NCBI GenBank assembly: GCA_964019425.1
Contig: OZ025801.1
Span: forward strand, 1,054,001 to 1,118,000
DNA length: 64,000 bases
Direction: 5' to 3'
Source of the DNA: Flectonema sp. DT1601
Taxonomy: Eukaryota
How positions within the stretch are numbered: position 1 is the first letter of the stretch; each line of letters starts with the position of its first letter. The notes beneath the pieces were generated by a model that had not been told where the DNA came from, ran no database searches, and saw only the letters and a list, made by a program, of their open reading frames with translations. Positions 58,063-64,000 of this stretch are shown piece after piece. The position numbers and the translations under genes were made by a program.

Positions 58063-58815
58063 ATGACCTGTAAGGTTGAAGGAAAGATAAAAGCCTTCAT
58101 ACTATCAACTGGGGAAGAGCTTCGGAGGTGGGGAGGAAAAGAATGTTTTTTGACTCACGAAAGTGATCTTGGACCAGTTCTCGTAGTAAAGACACCATCG
58201 ACTGCCATCGGTAAAGGTACCTTCTATTCCCTTCCTAACATTAAATCAATTCTTGGAATGGAAGAACAAGGAAAGGGAAAGTTCACAACACCTCCGGGAG
58301 TAAAAGACGGCAAGCTAACGATATTCGTGGATAGACAAAAGCATAAAGCCTCCCTTCAAATATCATGCGAAGGAGAAGGAAATATTAAAAACCTTCAACA
58401 GATGACTCAATTACTTGGAAAAGGTCTCTTCGGCATCATAGAATGGACGAAAATGCAGCTTGACATTGACGCTGGAAGGAAGAAGAAGAAAGGAGGAGAA
58501 TTCAATGCGGCTTTAAAGATTAGAAAAGAACTTCAGCGTCGAGCTCTAAGAGAGCAACTTATTGAAACTAATTCATCCGATGATGAAAGTGTTCAACAAC
58601 ATCATCAAGAGGAGGGTCTTGATGAGGATTCTTTTGAAATAAAACGACCGAAAAAACGGAATTCTGAAAGAACCAAACGACATCTCCTCTGCGATGAAAA
58701 CCTTCAGCGAATTGAAGGGGATGCTCCAACTTCTAGAGGAACATCGACTCACGACAGACGTAGAAAGGCGGCTGTACTTACAGAGTGGCTCAACGATAAT
58801 TACCATGTTTCTTAA
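58063..58815 (+). CDS. Hypothetical protein, possible N-terminal PH-like domain and basic C-terminus
   Basis: 250-aa ORF with a beta-rich N-half containing DGKLTI and NLS-like RKKKK and KRPKKR. Family not established. Confidence 0.6.
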   Translation: MTCKVEGKIKAFILSTGEELRRWGGKECFLTHESDLGPVLVVKTPSTAIGKGTFYSLPNIKSILGMEEQGKGKFTTPPGVKDGKLTIFVDRQKHKASLQISCEGEGNIKNLQQMTQLLGKGLFGIIEWTKMQLDIDAGRKKKKGGEFNAALKIRKELQRRALREQLIETNSSDDESVQQHHQEEGLDEDSFEIKRPKKRNSERTKRHLLCDENLQRIEGDAPTSRGTSTHDRRRKAAVLTEWLNDNYHVS

Positions 58816-59100
58816 AGTTTTGGAAAGTTTCTCTGCCCTGTTTCTTTCTTTCTAAAGAACGAAAAAAATTGAAAAACGCGTAGTTATAGCTGCGTGTTTG
58901 GTTTTTTTTTTAATTTACTTTATTTTTGTACTCGTCGGCCTGTAATCTTTGTTGAAGATAAAAGAGTTCGTCTAATGTTTTATTTTTAATATTTTTAACT
59001 ACAGAAACAACGAATGATCGACACCAACACGAAATCCATTCTGTGAGAGACTAGCTGTGGTTTTGACAAGTGTTTTTTATAACGTTTAGGTATCCAAAAC

Positions 59101-60585
59101 ATGGGTACCGATGACATAGAAGAAACCGGATTAGTGAAAGATGAGGAAACTGTCGGATATGAGATGACTGAATCATCACTGAGTGTTACTAATCATTTCA
59201 CTAATAAGAATGAGGGATACATTCTATTCGTCGTCATAACAGCTGCTCTGACTGCAGCATCTCTCGGATACGATGTCGGAGTGATGGCTGACGCTACTCT
59301 TCACATGGATCAATCTTTTGATTTCGGTGATACGAAGAAGGAAATTGTTGTCGGGAGTTTGAACTTTATGGCTGCCTTTGGATCTCTTTTTGCCGGTTAC
59401 ATTGCTGACACCTTCGGAAGGAAGAAAACACTCGCAGCATGCAGTGCGCTATACATCATTGGTACTGCAGGAATGACAATCGCAACCAGCTTTGAGATAC
59501 TACTCGTTGGGAGAGTTATCACTGGACTTGGTGTCGGGCTCTCCTTCGTAGTTGGTCCAACGTACATTAGTGAAATCACACCTGCTGCTGTAAGAGGTAA
59601 ACTTGCTTCTGTATTCGATATCTCAATCAACGTTGGAATTCTCGTCGGCTACATCGCCGGCTTTGCTTGCGAAGAACTTCTCAGCGGCTCCCTACGCTGG
59701 AGATCAATGCTTGGAATTGGTGTTTTATTTCCTATATTAGTTGCTGTGTTTTTATTATTCTTGCCGGAGTCTCCGAGGTGGCTGCTACTTCACGGAAGGG
59801 ACAGCGAGGCTAGAGAAATACTAATAAAACTGTTTGGAGGTTCTGAAGCTGCAGCTGCCGAGTGCATCTCCGAAATCAGAGGAGAGGAAGACATAACACA
59901 TGGGAGTTGGGGTGAAACTCTTTGTCCTCCTGAGGGGTATGCGAGATCTGTGATGGGTATTGCTTTTGGACTTGCGTTCTGGCAACAGATAACAGGATCT
60001 GAAGCAGTATTGTATTACAGTGCAACCTTTTTAAAGAATGCGGGGCTGACCAGTCAACGTATGTTACTATTGGGGAACATGTTAGTTGGTCTCGCTAAAC
60101 TACTTCCTGAATTCTGGGTAATGTACTCAATCGATAGCCGAGGTAGGAGATGGCATCTATTAGTGAGTGCCGTCACCATGACAATTGCTGTATTTGCTCT
60201 GACTGTGGCTTTTGCTGTTGATGCTCCTTCTTGGGTTATGATTGTACTACTTTGTGCATTCATGGCGACATTTTCTCTCGGATTGGGTCCGTTTTCATTT
60301 ATCACAGCCTCTGAGATCATTCCTTTAAAATACCGCGCTAAAGGAATGTCACTCGTGACCTTCATCAATCGATTTGTTAGCGGGGCAGTGGCACTGACTG
60401 CCCTCACTCTCTCTGAACAGATTGGGATGAAATACTACTTTTTGATATACAGCGTTATCAGTGCGATGTCTATTTATTTCTACAAACGTAGGGTACCAGA
60501 AACAGCTGGAAAAACCCTTGAAGGGATCACTGCAGAGATGAAGAAGGTTCGCCCAACCTCTGTCTGTAAAGCGTGTTTCTGTTAA
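59101..60585 (+). CDS. MFS sugar porter (polyol/hexose transporter-like)
   Basis: GYDVG, ADTFGRK, GRVITGLGVG, YISEITPAAVRG, PESPRWL, QQITG and PETAGKTLE. Confidence 0.93.
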   Translation: MGTDDIEETGLVKDEETVGYEMTESSLSVTNHFTNKNEGYILFVVITAALTAASLGYDVGVMADATLHMDQSFDFGDTKKEIVVGSLNFMAAFGSLFAGYIADTFGRKKTLAACSALYIIGTAGMTIATSFEILLVGRVITGLGVGLSFVVGPTYISEITPAAVRGKLASVFDISINVGILVGYIAGFACEELLSGSLRWRSMLGIGVLFPILVAVFLLFLPESPRWLLLHGRDSEAREILIKLFGGSEAAAAECISEIRGEEDITHGSWGETLCPPEGYARSVMGIAFGLAFWQQITGSEAVLYYSATFLKNAGLTSQRMLLLGNMLVGLAKLLPEFWVMYSIDSRGRRWHLLVSAVTMTIAVFALTVAFAVDAPSWVMIVLLCAFMATFSLGLGPFSFITASEIIPLKYRAKGMSLVTFINRFVSGAVALTALTLSEQIGMKYYFLIYSVISAMSIYFYKRRVPETAGKTLEGITAEMKKVRPTSVCKACFC

Positions 60586-60892
60586 CGCAGCTCTTCCTTA
60601 TTTATTGTCAGGTTTTGTTACTCTTTTATTCGCTCTCTCTACCGTCTGATTATTGCTGTTTGTGCAATTCAACGTTTTGATTGTTTTATTATTATTATTT
60701 TTTTTTTGTTTAAATTTTAAATATTATTTTCAATAAAGGGCTACAGAAATGACGAAGCACAGCCTGTGATATTGTTTGACAGATTGCTATCCTTCGGTTT
60801 GGTGATGTAGTTGATATTTGTATAAGTAATTAAACCTCACAGACTCCAACACATCAACTAAATAATAATAATAAAAAAAAAATAATAAAAAG

Positions 60893-61504
60893 ATGTCACT
60901 CAATTTCAATGGAATGCTTCTCGAGGAAAACAACTTGTTGGGAGGACTAGGTCCTGTGGGTCAGGTGTGTTTTTTTTATTCGTTTGATTATTTTATTTTA
61001 TTTGTATGACCCGTCTCTCACTAAAACAACAACAGATTGGGATGAGTGTCGTTCGCGATGAGTTAGATGGAACGCTTGAGACGTCATCCGATGAGGACAA
61101 GTCTTGGGGACAGAACAACAAGAAAGCGATTGACGTTCAAAAATATAAAACGAGGATTTGCAAGTATGTAATATTTAGTAACTTCACTTCTATTTGAGTG
61201 TTAGTAATCAAAAAATAAACAACACAACAGAAACTGGTCTACGAGTGGAACTTGTGGATACGGACCACGTTGTGTCTTTGCTCATGGTGATGTAGAGCAG
61301 CGTCGTACCATCGCAGATGGCACTCGCACTCGTCGCAAGAGAGATGATGAAGTGTCACAAGGAGCTGCTGACTTTGCGATGCAAATGCAACAGATGCTCG
61401 ACTTCCAAATGATGCAAGCAGCTACACAGGGAGTTCAACAACAGAACTCAACAGGTGCTACTTACTGGGTCCCAATCTCATCAGCTGGTGTGACTGCCTT
61501 CTAA
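60893..61504 (+). CDS. CCCH (TIS11-type) zinc-finger RNA-binding protein, 3 exons (60893-60964, 61036-61163, 61231-61504)
   Basis: Splicing rebuilds KYKTRICKNWSTSGTCGYGPRCVFAHG (C-x8-C-x5-C-x3-H). The ORF track does not show this as a single ORF. Confidence 0.9.
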
Positions 61505-62798
61505 TTTGTTTTTATTAATTCAATTGATCAAAGTTTTGTTTTTTTTGATCAGAAAGAAAAAAGAAAGTGTGGGCGAGGAAGAAGTCTTCCCTACTTCACT
61601 CGCTTATCTTACAAAAAGTATTGGGTATTGCCAATTGTATTTTATTTTTATTTTTTTGTTTTTTTTTTTTGTTTGGCAAATTCCTATTTCTCTCCCTTGT
61701 CCCCTGCGTTGTGTTTACTCTGCGCTCATAGAACTACTATGGTAGGCACTCTGACAGCTGTTGCCAGAGGGTACCTCATGCATCAAACATCTTCCAGTAA
61801 CACGTACGGCAATTTTTACCCCACTTTTTTTCTTTCTTTCCATGCTCTAAAGTATGAATGAGATACTGGTTACTTTTAAGCATAAAGAGAGACTTCTCGT
61901 ACTCTTTTTGCGTAAATAGTGATGACAGATGACCCAATTTAATTAAAAAAAAAAAAAAAAATTAAAGTTCTCTGTTGGGTGGCTGTTCGAGTTAGTGGTA
62001 TCAGATTTTCCTTTTTTTTTTTTTTTTTTTTTAAATTTTATTTCATCACCATGGGCCGAGTGGAACATTGGTTTGTGTATTTACCCAAGCAATTTTATAT
62101 TCTTTTTTTTTTTTTTTTTTTTTGTAGTAAGAATTAAAGAGAGAGGAAAAAAAAAAAAAAAAAAAAAAAAGAAATGAAGGGGCACCTGTTGACTTTGTTT
62201 TCAAAGTGTTTCCCTTCATTAGGCAGGATCATTTGTAGGCGCCCTTCCTGAGTGAATCTATCCTTGTTTTTGTTACCTGTAATGGCTATCTCAATCGAGT
62301 TTTTGGAAGAAAAAAAAAAGAGAATAATGAATAAGACAGTCTTTTTTTTTGCTTTTATTTTATTTTTTTGCGTTTACCCTTTCCTTTTATTTTATATTGA
62401 GAGAAGATATTTACACTACTCCTCTCCCTCTCCCTTCACTCCCTCCCCTGATGATGACGGTTAGAGGTACATGGCCATCAGCATTGGTGCCTTCTACAGT
62501 ATAAATGTTATATTTTCTTTTTTTCTTTTTTTTGTAAGTCACTTTTTTTTTTTTTTTTTTTTTGGAAAAGAATAATCAGCTAGCAGCGTCTAATCAAAGA
62601 AAAACTGAATGCGGGATTTGATTTCTTGGTCTTGTTGAGTTATCCACGTGTAACACTTGGTAAGGTGCTGCTTTGGAACTTACTACATCCAGACACGAGG
62701 TTCTCACGGGGTAAGCACGCTCATTAAAACCAATCAAAAGTTTCGGTCAGTCTGTTGGTTGCTTCTTCGTTGTGGAGAAGCTCTCCCACGTAACTCAG

Positions 62799-62830
<32 letters not shown>

Positions 62831-64000
62831 GTATTTCCAATTACGACTTACGACATGTTTACTGTTATTCTTCAGTGAGGTTTCTAAAGAATAGAGGGGA
62901 AAAGAAATATGAAGAAAAACAAAAGAAATTGCTTCCCCCTTGATCCATCCTCCTCCCCTTTCCCTTAGTCTTTTCCCCGTTGTTTTTGGTAAGAAGAATT
63001 GTATTATTGAAAACCCGTTAGTTACTTCTGAGTTATCCTCTTTTTTATTTTTCTCGGATGTAAAAAAAAAAAAAAAACGTGTAGTTTTAATTATAACGTG
63101 CAACGACTGTGGGCACGTAAATTATAAATAAAATATTTAGTTTAGAAAATTGTTGAATTCACTTATTTAATTGAAGTAGCTATTTTGATTACACTCATTG
63201 TCCACTTTGTGTTGTTTTCTGTTACGTACTTATATTTAATTTAGACTAGCCTTGTGTCGTTGGATTAGGTGTTTGACGAGGCTCCCCCCCTCCTCTCCAC
63301 CCATTATTCCCGTATTTATCTAACAACGATAATATACAGATACAATTGCTATTGTTTTCTGTTGTAATAAAAAAAAAAAAAATTAAAAATTTTTTTTTTT
63401 TTTTTTTTTTCACCTTGCCCCTCCTCCACTACGAGATTGGTACACTTTTGTTGAGCTGCCTTTTGTAGCAAAAACAAGACAAAAAAAAAAAAAAGAAAAA
63501 AAAAAAAAACAACTAGCCTTGATAACTGCCCTCCCTCACAAAAAAAAAAAAAAACTTCGGAATCAATTTGCGGTTGTTTCTGGTTGGTGCATGAACAGCT
63601 AACTTGTGTAGGAATTTATTAATTGCTGTGTTCTGAGCAGAAAAAGAAAAATTCAAATTTATTTATTTGTCATTTCGAAGAGTGTATTGTTTTCCTCTTC
63701 TTAACCTCTTGAGTTTAGTGTTAGCTGTGCTAGTATTGACTTGACTAAATCTATAAGCGCGATTAATGAAATGGGCTCGAGAGAGTCTGTGGTTTTGCCT
63801 CACCCCCACCCCCCACACTGAAAACGGTATTGTTTTTGAGGTGTTTTGTCGCTTGGTCAGGGTTGCTTTTCTCCCTTCTCTGGAATCCTGTTCGGAAAAG
63901 GGCTGCTCTCTGAGTACCTCCATTCCCGTATTGTATTGTAGACGCAATTACTTGTTTCTTTTTCTGGAAAAAATTTACAAAACTATTCAGCCGCAATTCC

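Noticed and set aside
62448..62520. Box C-like TGATGA as a C/D snoRNA
   Set aside because: No suitably placed CTGA box D or terminal stem.
63245..63540. Recurring ACTAGCCTTG and C-rich blocks
   Set aside because: Too short and degenerate to support a repeat or element call.

Overview
This is AT-rich eukaryotic nuclear DNA with many A/T homopolymer tracts. About 27 protein-coding genes lie head-to-tail, all on the + strand. Most have no introns and are preceded by a T-rich ...AG, and I can reconstruct nine short GT-AG cis-introns by hand. This layout suggests polycistronic transcription with spliced-leader trans-splicing in a euglenozoan, probably diplonemid-like (inferred, not shown). Recognisable products are: UPF0489 protein, Amt ammonium transporter fused to ankyrin repeats, Mss116/RH25-like DEAD-box helicase, SCAI, SET protein, a giant catalytically dead Fe/Mn-SOD-like protein, PPR, CYTH, FYVE, ADP-ribosylglycohydrolase, secreted LamG protein, PABPN1-like protein, two Cys-rich multipass surface proteins (one frameshifted), class II HDAC, WW-GNAT, RRM protein, DPH6, microbial-type PARG, a sugar porter and a CCCH zinc finger. 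One tRNA-Arg(ACG) sits on the - strand after a ~7 kb gene-free stretch. The most notable signals are: (1) the Amt-ankyrin fusion has Gln in place of the second twin-His and is a candidate ammonium sensor; (2) cis-intron acceptors are A/C-rich while putative trans-splice acceptors are T-rich; (3) the mitochondrial pseudo-SOD is a candidate mitoribosomal mS42/mS43-like protein. All calls come from manual motif reading, with no database searches.
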